Source of the DNA: Ruminococcus albus 7 = DSM 20455
GTDB lineage: Bacteria > Bacillota > Clostridia > Oscillospirales > Ruminococcaceae
Direction of reading: 5' to 3'
Length of the DNA stretch: 32,000 nucleotides
Assembly (NCBI RefSeq): GCF_000179635.2
Contig: NC_014833.1
Span: 2,940,001-2,972,000 of the forward strand
Of the stretch, positions 7,988 through 16,774 are shown in pieces (within the stretch, counting starts at the first letter, position 1; each line of letters begins with the position of its first letter). The notes under the pieces were generated by a model. That model was not told the DNA's origin and did no database searches. It worked only from the letters and a program-made list of their open reading frames with translations. A program made the translations under genes and the position numbers.

Positions 7988-9937
7988 ATGGGATTTTCCA
8001 AATTGTGGCTCGATTACAGAAAGCTCGCGGATTCGCGCCGCAGGGTCATAATAAGCTGTGACCGCACTCTGTATGACTCTGCCGCTTTTGAAGAATTAAA
8101 GAACGCGATGACAACAATGGTGCCTGATGCTATAGTTATATGGAAGTCTGAAGTATTCGATGACGATTCATACCTGATACTGCTCACGCTCCACCCGGAG
8201 CTTTCCCACGAGGAATACGATATAGCGGCTTCTATGGATATAACAGAGATTTGCGGCGGCAGCGAAACAGGTCTTCTTTACGGAGTTTTCGCTTATCTCA
8301 GGCAAACAGCACTTGCAGGAGGCTTTTGCAGTTTCACTGCCCACGGCAAGCCATCTCAGCCGCTGCGTATGCTTAACCACTGGGACGAAGCCGACGGAGA
8401 TATCGAGCGCGGCTATTCCGGCCAGTCATTCTTCTTCGTGAACGGTGATCTGGAAATAAATGAGCGCACCCTGATGTATGCAAGACTTATGGCTTCCATA
8501 GGTATAAACGGTGTGGTGATAAATAATGTTAACGTCCGCAGAAGGGCTAAACTCCTCCTGACGGATGAGTTTTCCGACCGTCTTGCCGACCTTGGTGAGC
8601 TTTTCGGGAAATACGGCATAAAGCTTTTTATATGCCCTGATTTTGCAGCACCAAAGACCATAGGCGGAATGGACACCGCTGACCCGCTCAACAAAGAAGT
8701 TGTAAACTGGTGGGAGTCCACCTGTGCACACCTTTTTGAAAAAGTCGGGAACCTCGGAGGTTTTCTCGTGAAAGCAGATTCAGAGGGCGAACCGGGACCT
8801 ATGGCTTACGGAAGGACTCACGCAGACGGTGCTAATATGCTGGCAAGGGCTGTAAAGCCCTACGGCGGCATAGTTATATGGCGCTGCTTTGTTTATAACT
8901 GCACTCAGGACTGGCGCGACAAGAATACTGACAGAGCCTGCGCAAGCTACGAAAACTTCATCGGGCTTGACGGACAGTTTGATGACAATGTGTATCTTCA
9001 GGCAAAGAACGGTCCTGTGGATTTCCAGATACGAGAACCTGTTCATCCTCTCTTCGGTGCCATGAACAATACCAATCTTATAATAGAGTTCCAGCTGGCA
9101 CAGGAGTATACAGGTCAGCAGAAACACGTTTGCTGGCTGATACCGATGTTCAGGGAGATAATGGAGCATCATACCCGCCACGACCTGCCTGATGACCGCG
9201 TGAGCAGGATAGTTTGCGGAGTAGCTGCGGTGGCAAACACAGGCGACAGCTACTGCTGGACAGGCAGTGAGCTTGCAGCTGCCAACCTCTACGGCTACGG
9301 CAGACTTCTCTTTGATGAAAAACTTTCATGCACCGAGATAGCCGAGGAATGGGCTGAACTGACCTTCGGTGATGATGATAAGGTAATATCAGCAGTAAAG
9401 GAGATATTACTGGATTCAAAACAGGCTTACGAGGACTATACCGTACCACTGGGCATCGGCTGGATGTGTCACCCTAATGACCACTACGGACCATCTCCCT
9501 GGGGATATGAATTTGACAGATGGGGTACATACAACCGCGCCGACAGAGATGCCGTCGGAGTGGACAGGAGCGCCAAAGGAACAGGCTACAGCCTCCAGTA
9601 CGCACCTTCATGGGCTGAGATATACGGAGATACAGACAAATGCCCCGATGAACTGCTGCTGTTCTTCCACCGTGTTCCGTATACCCATATCCTTCACAGC
9701 GGAAAGACCGTGATACAGCATATATATGACACCCATTTTGAGGGATACGCAAAAGCTGAACATTTTGCTGAACTTTGGAAAAGTCTTGAAGGCAGGATAG
9801 ATGACAGTATATACCAAAACGGCTGCGAACGTTTTGCCGAACAGCTGAGATGCGCAAGAGAATGGCGCGATATTATAAACTGTTTCTTCCACAGACTTTC
9901 AGGTATTGATGACGAACAGGGACGAGTAATATATTAG
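7988..9937 (+). CDS. aguA: GH67 alpha-glucuronidase
   Basis: RMLNHWDEADGDIERGYSGQSFFF and the downstream (beta/alpha)8 pattern are typical of GH67. AAGGAGG RBS. Confidence 0.85.
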   Translation: MGFSKLWLDYRKLADSRRRVIISCDRTLYDSAAFEELKNAMTTMVPDAIVIWKSEVFDDDSYLILLTLHPELSHEEYDIAASMDITEICGGSETGLLYGVFAYLRQTALAGGFCSFTAHGKPSQPLRMLNHWDEADGDIERGYSGQSFFFVNGDLEINERTLMYARLMASIGINGVVINNVNVRRRAKLLLTDEFSDRLADLGELFGKYGIKLFICPDFAAPKTIGGMDTADPLNKEVVNWWESTCAHLFEKVGNLGGFLVKADSEGEPGPMAYGRTHADGANMLARAVKPYGGIVIWRCFVYNCTQDWRDKNTDRACASYENFIGLDGQFDDNVYLQAKNGPVDFQIREPVHPLFGAMNNTNLIIEFQLAQEYTGQQKHVCWLIPMFREIMEHHTRHDLPDDRVSRIVCGVAAVANTGDSYCWTGSELAAANLYGYGRLLFDEKLSCTEIAEEWAELTFGDDDKVISAVKEILLDSKQAYEDYTVPLGIGWMCHPNDHYGPSPWGYEFDRWGTYNRADRDAVGVDRSAKGTGYSLQYAPSWAEIYGDTDKCPDELLLFFHRVPYTHILHSGKTVIQHIYDTHFEGYAKAEHFAELWKSLEGRIDDSIYQNGCERFAEQLRCAREWRDIINCFFHRLSGIDDEQGRVIY

Positions 9938-9947
9938 GAGATTTGAT

Positions 9948-11783
9948 ATGATCGAATTTAAGGCAGATAACATCTTTTCCGACGGAATGATCCTTCAAAG
10001 AGATGCTGAGAATTTTATTACAGGCAGCGGTGAGGGCGAAATGACCCTGACACTTGAACGCGATGACAGGATATGCGGACGTTCCCGCATAGCAGCCGAC
10101 GGCAGATGGCGCATAGCTGTGCCCGCAGGCAAGGCAGACTGTATGCCATATACCATAAAGATACGCTGCGGCAACATGATGCAGGTCATAAGCGACGTGC
10201 TTTTCGGTGACGTATTCCATATAACAGGGCAATCGAACATGGAGCTGCCCCTGAACCGTACCTATGATCCCTTCAAGGGAGATGTACCCGTACCCGAAGA
10301 GGAGCTTATACGTGAATTCCGTGTACCCATTGAGCTTTGCTTTGAAGCAGGCAAGGAATCTACTACTTTTTCAGACGGCAGCTGGGTGCGTGCCTGCGAT
10401 GACAAGGATCTTAATATAAGCGCAGCAGGCTATTACTTCGCTAAAAAGCTGTTCAAGGAAACAGGCGTACCCATAGGTCTTGTGAATACATCGGCAGGCG
10501 GTTCAGCTATCGAGGGACGTATCCCTGCTGAGGTATGCCGAGAATTCCATGAGCTTGATCCCGTGACAGATATGGTCACAGCCAAGGGATATATGGAAAA
10601 TACTCTGGCTGAGGGTGAAAAGACAGAGCGCGAATGGAACGAATACGTTGAGAGCCGTGACAAGATCGGCAAGGATATAATCGCAGGCAGATATCCCGAA
10701 TGCAGCAAATGTACAGTGCCTTTATGGGTAAACGATCTGCCCGATGTGAATGATTTCAGCGGACGTATCTGGTTCTGGAAAGAGTTCGACATCCCCGAAG
10801 GATCTGACCTCACGGATGCCATACTGATACTCGGTACTCTGGTGGATGCCGATATGACCTATGTTAACGGTGTCAATGTAGGCGAAACTACATATCTTTA
10901 TCCCCCAAGGTATTACCGCATACCAAAAGGTTTACTTAAGACAGGTGTCAACCGTATAGCTGTGCGCCTTGATATAAACAGCGGAGCAGGCGGATTTACC
11001 GAAGGCAAACGCTTCTGTGTCAAGCTGGGCGAGCAGATCATAGGGCTTGAGGGCGAATGGTCATACAGTATAGCCGTAAAAGCTCCCCGCCGCGGCATAG
11101 TAGAATTTCTGCCTTCAAAGGAACTGGCTGTATATGCCCACATGACAGCACCTGCATACAGGCTGCCTTTCAAGGGTATGCTGGTATATCAGGGCGAGAC
11201 CAACTGCGGCAACGCAGATATCTATGACGGTCTTTTCAGACGTTTTGTTGAATATTACAGACAGCGCTGCGGTTATAATATCCCCGTCGTTTCTGTACAG
11301 CTGCCAAACTGGACACCCGGCGGTGAGGGCTGGGTAAAGATTCGCCAGAAACAGCTCGAATGCTGTAATATACCCGATACAACTATGGCTGTTACACTTG
11401 GTATGGGCGAAAATAACGATCTTCATCCCATAGACAAAGAAAGTGTCGGCGATGCTCTCTGCGATTGCGTGCTTCGCCTTATATATGGCAGAGGCGATCC
11501 CCGCCCCGTTGATCCCACTGATATCCGCCGTACCTCAGAAGGTATCCTCGTAGCATTCCGCGAGGAAGTCCGCCTGACAGATAAAAATACCAGGTATTTT
11601 GAGGTACACACCCCTGACGGCTGGGCACCAGTAAACGTCAGAGAAAGCCGCGGCGGTCTCCTGCTGGATTGCTCCGCCGAGAATGCAGATAAGGTGCGCT
11701 ATGCATGGCTGCCCGATGCAGACTCCCCTGCAGCAGAAGGCGTAAGCGGAAGACTCGTCCCCACCTTTGAATCAGCTATATAA
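9948..11783 (+). CDS. SASA/DUF303-type carbohydrate esterase (sialate O-acetylesterase family; probably a xylan side-chain esterase)
   Basis: LFSDGMILQR N-terminus and the nucleophile motif HITGQSNME. The start lies 10 nt after the aguA stop, with the RBS overlapping that stop. Confidence 0.8.
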   Translation: MIEFKADNIFSDGMILQRDAENFITGSGEGEMTLTLERDDRICGRSRIAADGRWRIAVPAGKADCMPYTIKIRCGNMMQVISDVLFGDVFHITGQSNMELPLNRTYDPFKGDVPVPEEELIREFRVPIELCFEAGKESTTFSDGSWVRACDDKDLNISAAGYYFAKKLFKETGVPIGLVNTSAGGSAIEGRIPAEVCREFHELDPVTDMVTAKGYMENTLAEGEKTEREWNEYVESRDKIGKDIIAGRYPECSKCTVPLWVNDLPDVNDFSGRIWFWKEFDIPEGSDLTDAILILGTLVDADMTYVNGVNVGETTYLYPPRYYRIPKGLLKTGVNRIAVRLDINSGAGGFTEGKRFCVKLGEQIIGLEGEWSYSIAVKAPRRGIVEFLPSKELAVYAHMTAPAYRLPFKGMLVYQGETNCGNADIYDGLFRRFVEYYRQRCGYNIPVVSVQLPNWTPGGEGWVKIRQKQLECCNIPDTTMAVTLGMGENNDLHPIDKESVGDALCDCVLRLIYGRGDPRPVDPTDIRRTSEGILVAFREEVRLTDKNTRYFEVHTPDGWAPVNVRESRGGLLLDCSAENADKVRYAWLPDADSPAAEGVSGRLVPTFESAI

Positions 11784-11790
11784 ATGCAAA

Positions 11791-12126
11791 ATATCCCGTC
11801 AGCGCAAGGCGGATACTCATACGGAAGTTTATGTTATCTATTTGGGAGATTCCTAAGCGTCAGCTTCGCTGATGCTGAACCCCTTTCCGAAAACTTCTAT
11901 TTATTTCGGGCAGGGGGTAGCTATGTTTGCAAACATAGCTACCCCCTGTCTTTTTCTGTCTTTATAAAAAAACTACCCCCTGCCCAAATGAGTTAAAAGT
12001 CTGTTTGGATCTACAAAGGCAAAGCCTTTGCAGACGGGTTCGGGGGATAACTTTTCTTCAGAAAAGTTTCCCCCGATAAATATTATAAACTTCTATATCG
12101 GTACCCGCCTTGCGCTGACGGGATAT
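11791..12126. mobile_element. MITE-like non-coding element with about 42-bp terminal inverted repeats (22 bp perfect)
   Basis: ATATCCCGTCAGCGCAAGGCGG (11791-11812) is the exact reverse complement of 12105-12126. The repeat continues imperfectly to 11832 and 12085. The interior is a string of hairpins with no credible ORF. Confidence 0.6.
11911..11963 (+). terminator. Intrinsic terminator for the aguA-esterase transcript, inside the MITE-like element
   Basis: 17-bp perfect stem CAGGGGGTAGCTATGTT/AACATAGCTACCCCCTG followed by TCTTTTTCTGTCTTT. Confidence 0.75.
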
Positions 12127-12142
12127 CTTTACGTCATAAAGC

Positions 12143-12175
12143 CAGAAAAGCCGAGGACAGACCTCGGCTTTTCTG
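12143..12175 (-). terminator. Intrinsic terminator after the solute-binding protein gene (could act in both directions)
   Basis: 14-bp stem CAGAAAAGCCGAGG/CCTCGGCTTTTCTG with T-rich flanks. Confidence 0.75.
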
Positions 12176-12249
12176 TAGGGTAAAAATGAAGGATATTTTG
12201 CGCATCAATTGCTTGCACACGATCAATGCGTTAAATCTGGAAAGCTTGA

Positions 12250-13692
12250 TTATTCAGCTGCCTTGTCTGCTGCGTCAGTATCGATATTATCGTTAGCTTC
12301 CTTCAGCAGATAATCAATGGTAGCCTTGTTTTCTTCAACGTTCTGAGTCCAAGTCTTAGCACCGCCGCCGGTGATAACAGTAGCCTGTTTAACTTCCTCC
12401 ATACTGTTCTTCAGCTCTTCGGAAACACCGTCCTGGAAATCATACAGAGGATGATCGTTGCAGAGTCTGATAACTTCATCTCTCATCTCGATCATATCGT
12501 CATTCCACTTGTAGTCGTTCTTCAGCTGATTGATACTGATCTCGTTAGCCTTGGACAGAGTGAGCATACGGCAGTTCATGTAAGCTGCAAAGCCCTCAGG
12601 GTTGGGAGCGTTCTTGCAAAGCAGATAGCCGTCAACTCTGGATGTTACATAGTAGGTATCACTGTCATCCATTCTGGGCATAGGAACGAACATGATCTCG
12701 CCTGCTTCTACGTCACCGAAAGCGGTAACATTCTCAGGTGAATTCTCGATGCCCCACAGGCCGCAGGGATAGAACAGTGTCTGGTAAGTACCAACACCAA
12801 GACCTGTAGTACCGTCGCCTCTGATAGACCAGTTATTTGAAGCTCTGTCGAAGAATACTTCGTTCTTGCCAAGGTTGTACATCAGTTCCTGTACCTTAGT
12901 GACCTTAGGATTATCCATATTATTTACGAGCTTACCGTTTTCAAGACCGATAAGAGGAACACCGCAGGTATCGTTCAGAGCAGCTGCATACCACCAGCCG
13001 TCCAGACCGACCTTTTCGTTATCCTGATCAGTAAACTCAGTACACATTTCAGTGAACTTGGACCATGTCCACTCGTCATTCTTATAAAGTTCTGCAGGAT
13101 TGTCCAGACCGTTATCCTCAATGGTCTTTGTATTGTAGATACATACATACTGAGGATATGACTGTATACCTGCTACATAGTGATCACCCTTGAATACGAA
13201 TGCATCGCAGGTAGCCTTTGCAGGTGCCCACAGATCGCTGTCCAGTTTTATATACGGATCAATTGGTTCAAACATTCCCTTGATAGCACCCTTGGGGAAG
13301 CCGTCCATATCCATAGCGGAGAAGAAGTCGGGGGAATCATCGGACATTACATACTTAGCCAGATCGGTGTAACGATCATCCCATGTTGTCTGTACGTATT
13401 TAAATGTACCGTCATAGGTATCTCTGAACATCTGTATATCGGGAGGTACTACCTGACCGTCGCCGGGGTTGATATCCCAGTGAGAAAGGAACTTAACTTC
13501 TTTGTTAGCAAGTTCGGTAGTATCGAGTTCCTTAGCAGCATCTTTGATAGCCTGCTTGTCCGCTTCATTCATCTCAATAGTCGAGGCATCATTCTTATTG
13601 CCTTTGTCTTCATCCTTGCTTCCGCATGAAGCAACGCCGAAACACATTGTAACAGCAAACAGACCTGCCAAAATCTTTTTAGTCATTTTCAT
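12250..13692 (-). CDS. ABC-transporter extracellular solute-binding lipoprotein (sugar-type, family 1)
   Basis: Lipoprotein signal MKMTKKILAGLFAVTMCFGVASCGS. Size and composition fit sugar SBPs. AGGAGGG RBS. No permease or ATPase genes are adjacent. Confidence 0.8.
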   Translation of the reverse strand: MKMTKKILAGLFAVTMCFGVASCGSKDEDKGNKNDASTIEMNEADKQAIKDAAKELDTTELANKEVKFLSHWDINPGDGQVVPPDIQMFRDTYDGTFKYVQTTWDDRYTDLAKYVMSDDSPDFFSAMDMDGFPKGAIKGMFEPIDPYIKLDSDLWAPAKATCDAFVFKGDHYVAGIQSYPQYVCIYNTKTIEDNGLDNPAELYKNDEWTWSKFTEMCTEFTDQDNEKVGLDGWWYAAALNDTCGVPLIGLENGKLVNNMDNPKVTKVQELMYNLGKNEVFFDRASNNWSIRGDGTTGLGVGTYQTLFYPCGLWGIENSPENVTAFGDVEAGEIMFVPMPRMDDSDTYYVTSRVDGYLLCKNAPNPEGFAAYMNCRMLTLSKANEISINQLKNDYKWNDDMIEMRDEVIRLCNDHPLYDFQDGVSEELKNSMEEVKQATVITGGGAKTWTQNVEENKATIDYLLKEANDNIDTDAADKAAE

Positions 13693-13774
13693 AAAAAACC
13701 CTCCTAATCAGGAATATAGTGCGTCAAAGTAACGGTTATAGTGTTGACGCCTGCCACTTTACTATGCAAGTATT

Positions 13775-13803
13775 ATTTTAACAGTTTGTTCATTCGTTGT
13801 CAA
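13775..13803 (-). promoter_or_regulatory. Sigma-A-type promoter for the solute-binding protein gene
   Basis: On the minus strand: TTGACA-17 nt-TAAAAT. Confidence 0.55.
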
Positions 13804-14103
13804 TTCGCTTTTGTAACATGATTTGGATGCAATTTTCGTTAATTTTGACTAATACCGCTTTATCATCAGCATAAACTTTAAGCAAACTCCCCGATAAATC
13901 TCGGTCACACCCGCATTTTGGCGATCTATAACTTTTCGGATAATTACATTATACATTCATCCATAACATATTTCCTATCAATAATTGCGTTTAAACGGTT
14001 ATTTTTTGCTGTAGATTTTCCATTTGGTGATATCATTTAGCTAATATTAGCTTTTTTTAGGCAAAATTTGCATAAAAAATGGACAAATTAGCAAATTATA
14101 TTA

Positions 14104-14132
14104 TTGACTTCACGTAATAAACGTGTTATAAT
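14104..14132 (+). promoter_or_regulatory. Sigma-A-type promoter for the PBP-GGDEF gene
   Basis: TTGACT-17 nt-TGt-TATAAT (extended -10). Confidence 0.6.
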
Positions 14133-14200
14133 TTTAGTAATATAGGACAATATATCCTTATATATGTCTGTACATATGCCAACAATGGGAGATGATAAAG

Positions 14201-16099
14201 ATGATAAACAGCAGAAAAAGCATAGCAATTTTTACCTGCCAGGTCACGACAGGCTACCGTATGCAGTTTTGTGAAACTGTAAATCAGGCTGCTACCGAGT
14301 TGGGATACAATGCTGTATTTTATAATTTTCTTGACGTTGTCGGCAACAATCACTCGGATTACGGTGACTACGAATATAAACTTATCGAAGTGATCCCATA
14401 TAGCAGATTCAGCGGTATAATCATAGATGAGGAGTCTTTCAAGATAAAGACTACCGTTGAAAAACTGGTCACACGGATAAGAGAAAGGGCGACTTGTCCT
14501 GTTATCAGTGCTTCAAGCATAATGGATGGGTTTTATAATCTCAGCTTTGATGACGATGCAGGCATAGAACTTATTGTCAGACATATCCATGAGCACCACG
14601 GCTGCAAGAGGATCGGCTTCATGTCAGGTCCGCTGAAGCATATGGACGGTGTAAAAAGGTACAATGCTTTCAAAGCAGCCATGACCAAGCTGGGGCTCCC
14701 CGAGGAAGGCGCAGGTATATTTGAGGGCGACTTCTGGTTCAACAAAGGCAGGGAGGCTGCCGATTTTTTCATAACCAAATGCAAAGAGATCCCCGAGGCT
14801 GTTATATGTGCAAATGACTATATGGCGATGGCGCTTATCAAGGGATTCAAAGACCGAGGTTTCCGTGTGCCCGAAGATATAATAGTCACCGGCTTCGACG
14901 GTGTAAAGGAAGGTCAGCTGTATATACCAAGACTTACATCCGTTGACCGCCGACGCGACGATACTGCTATACAGGCTGTTAACATGATAAATAATATCTC
15001 ACGCGGCGCGAAGTATCCGGGCATCACACTTATAACGCCAAAGCTGATATGCGGTGATTCCTGCGGCTGTACCAAAGCCGATCCTTCAAAAGAGATCGAA
15101 AGGATAAATCTCAACGCCAATCAGGACAGATCTGTGCGCTATTATCTCGGTGATATAATCGGTGCAACACTTAAAATGAATATCGTTGAGAGTATAGGTG
15201 AGCTTGAGCGTTCATTCGCTGATTATGCTGTCAACTTCGGAGGCTACAGAAGCTTCTGTGTTATGACTTATGTTGACGAGAACGGAAAAACATCTCTTGA
15301 GAGAGGTATGTCCTCACCCACAAATAAAGTATACCCCGCCATAATCGTTGACAGATACGGAGATTTTAAGGATATCGAACGCAAGGTGATATCTACCGAT
15401 GATTTCCTTCCTGCCGAATCCAGCGACGAACCGAGGATAGTTTATATAACAAGTATGCACTGCGGCGACAGATGCTTCGGCTACTGTTCTATATCCATGA
15501 CAGGCACCAAGACCTTCAATGAATTCTACAATGTATGGATAGCTACAATGGCTGTGGCTATGGAATCCCTGCTGCGAAGCAATAATATCCGCGGACTTAT
15601 AACAAGTCTGGAGGATACCAGCGTCAGGGACGGTCTTACCGGACTTTATAACCGCCGTGGTTTTGAACTTCGTTCTGCCGAAGCTGCACAAAGCATGAAC
15701 GGTACAGGCAAAGCCTGTGCCATGGTAATAGATATGGACGGCTTAAAAAAGATAAATGACCATTACGGTCATGCAGAGGGTGATGAAGCCATTAAATGTC
15801 TCGCAGGCATGATCTCCCATGTGCTTTGTGACAAAGCTATCGCAGGCAGAACAGGCGGTGACGAATTCTATGTGTTCGTACCCGATTGTGATGAAGATCT
15901 GGTAGCCGAGATAAAAACCAAGCTGCATTCAGCTATTGCTGATAATAACAGCAGATCGGATAAAGAATATATCCTCGATGCCAGCTTCGGTGCTTATGTC
16001 CATGATGCTTCAGTAAAATTCAAAGTCGAAGAACTCATACGCATAGCCGACGCGCGGATGTACGCCGAAAAGCAGAAAAAGCGCACACACCGCACATAA
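14201..16099 (+). CDS. Cytoplasmic LacI-type sugar-binding (PBP1) domain fused to a GGDEF diguanylate cyclase
   Basis: N-terminal half: RIGFMSGP...ANDYMAMALIKGFKDRGFRVPEDIIVTGFDG...PRLTSVD, a LacI/GalR ligand-binding core without an HTH. C-terminus: DGLTGLYNRRGF...GRTGGDEFYVF. No TM segment or signal peptide. Start chosen at the second ATG (14201), 9 nt after GGGAG. Confidence 0.85.
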   Translation: MINSRKSIAIFTCQVTTGYRMQFCETVNQAATELGYNAVFYNFLDVVGNNHSDYGDYEYKLIEVIPYSRFSGIIIDEESFKIKTTVEKLVTRIRERATCPVISASSIMDGFYNLSFDDDAGIELIVRHIHEHHGCKRIGFMSGPLKHMDGVKRYNAFKAAMTKLGLPEEGAGIFEGDFWFNKGREAADFFITKCKEIPEAVICANDYMAMALIKGFKDRGFRVPEDIIVTGFDGVKEGQLYIPRLTSVDRRRDDTAIQAVNMINNISRGAKYPGITLITPKLICGDSCGCTKADPSKEIERINLNANQDRSVRYYLGDIIGATLKMNIVESIGELERSFADYAVNFGGYRSFCVMTYVDENGKTSLERGMSSPTNKVYPAIIVDRYGDFKDIERKVISTDDFLPAESSDEPRIVYITSMHCGDRCFGYCSISMTGTKTFNEFYNVWIATMAVAMESLLRSNNIRGLITSLEDTSVRDGLTGLYNRRGFELRSAEAAQSMNGTGKACAMVIDMDGLKKINDHYGHAEGDEAIKCLAGMISHVLCDKAIAGRTGGDEFYVFVPDCDEDLVAEIKTKLHSAIADNNSRSDKEYILDASFGAYVHDASVKFKVEELIRIADARMYAEKQKKRTHRT

Positions 16100-16185
16100 T
16101 GCGGAACTGATACAGATGTTTATATTATTGACCGGGGGATGACCTTTCTGTAGAAAAGTCATCCCCCTAAGCCGTCCGTATCCAA

Positions 16186-16226
16186 CCGTTCCTCTAACTC
16201 TTCCGGAATTAGAGAACGGCTTTTTT
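16186..16226 (+). terminator. Intrinsic terminator after the PBP-GGDEF gene
   Basis: CCGTTC(C)TCTAA...TTAGAGAACGG stem followed by CTTTTTT. Confidence 0.75.
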
Positions 16227-16231
16227 CGCAC

Positions 16232-16259
16232 AAAAAAGGCTGTGCATTTCTGCACAGCC
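16232..16259 (-). terminator. Intrinsic terminator after the small acidic protein gene
   Basis: On the minus strand: GGCTGTGCA-GAAA-TGCACAGCC followed by TTTTTT. Confidence 0.8.
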
Positions 16260-16280
16260 CGTAATATCAATGATCATTCA

Positions 16281-16592
16281 TTAATCATCTGTCAGAGAAT
16301 CCTTGAAGTCCTCTACCTTGTCAGCCAGATCTTCAACTGCTTCCTCAGCCTTTTCAGCCAGATCCTCAGCAGCCTCACCGACCTTGTCAGCCAGATCTAC
16401 GTCATCAACAGGCTCTTCAACCTTATCAAGATCCTCTTCGGGTGTGGTGTCATCGATGCAGTCATCGAAATCGTCGTCAAGATCCTCGTAATCGTAATCT
16501 TCAAGCTCCTTGCGCTTCTTATATGCCATAACAGCAGCAGCGCCGCCTGCAACTACGCCGATAGCGAGTAATGCCTTAAAAATATTTCCCAT
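16281..16592 (-). CDS. Small membrane-anchored, highly acidic protein with EDLAxKxE repeats (YtxH-like in architecture)
   Basis: MGNIFKALLAIGVVAGGAAAVMAYKKRK anchor, then a D/E-rich tail with three EDLA(E/D)K(A/V)E units. GGAG RBS 8 nt before the second ATG. Confidence 0.65.
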   Translation of the reverse strand: MGNIFKALLAIGVVAGGAAAVMAYKKRKELEDYDYEDLDDDFDDCIDDTTPEEDLDKVEEPVDDVDLADKVGEAAEDLAEKAEEAVEDLADKVEDFKDSLTDD

Positions 16593-16648
16593 TTTGAACA
16601 CTCCATTTCTAAAAATTATCTCTCTAAATCAAAGTTCAGATTATTCAT

Positions 16649-16677
16649 AGTATACCACACATTGTAAAAAAAATCAA
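16649..16677 (-). promoter_or_regulatory. Sigma-A-type promoter for the small acidic protein gene
   Basis: On the minus strand: TTGATT-17 nt-TGg-TATACT. Confidence 0.5.
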
Positions 16678-16774
16678 GCGCGTAAGCTAACTCCTTGCAC
16701 ATTTCGTCATTTTGTGCAAATTTGGAAGACCGTTTTTTACATCACATTAGCACGATAATGCCCTGTTATCTGAT

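Noticed and set aside
11908-11985. Possible attenuator or riboswitch logic, or a CRISPR-like repeat, from GGGCAGGGGGTAG and its two complementary partners
   Set aside because: The second partner lies downstream of the terminator T-tract, so it cannot act as an anti-terminator. There are only three short copies in mixed orientation with no regular spacers, so it is not a CRISPR array.
11784-11996. 70-aa plus-strand ORF starting right after the esterase stop
   Set aside because: It runs through the terminal inverted repeat and the terminator stem of the MITE-like element. It has no RBS, and its sequence is dictated by the hairpin arms.
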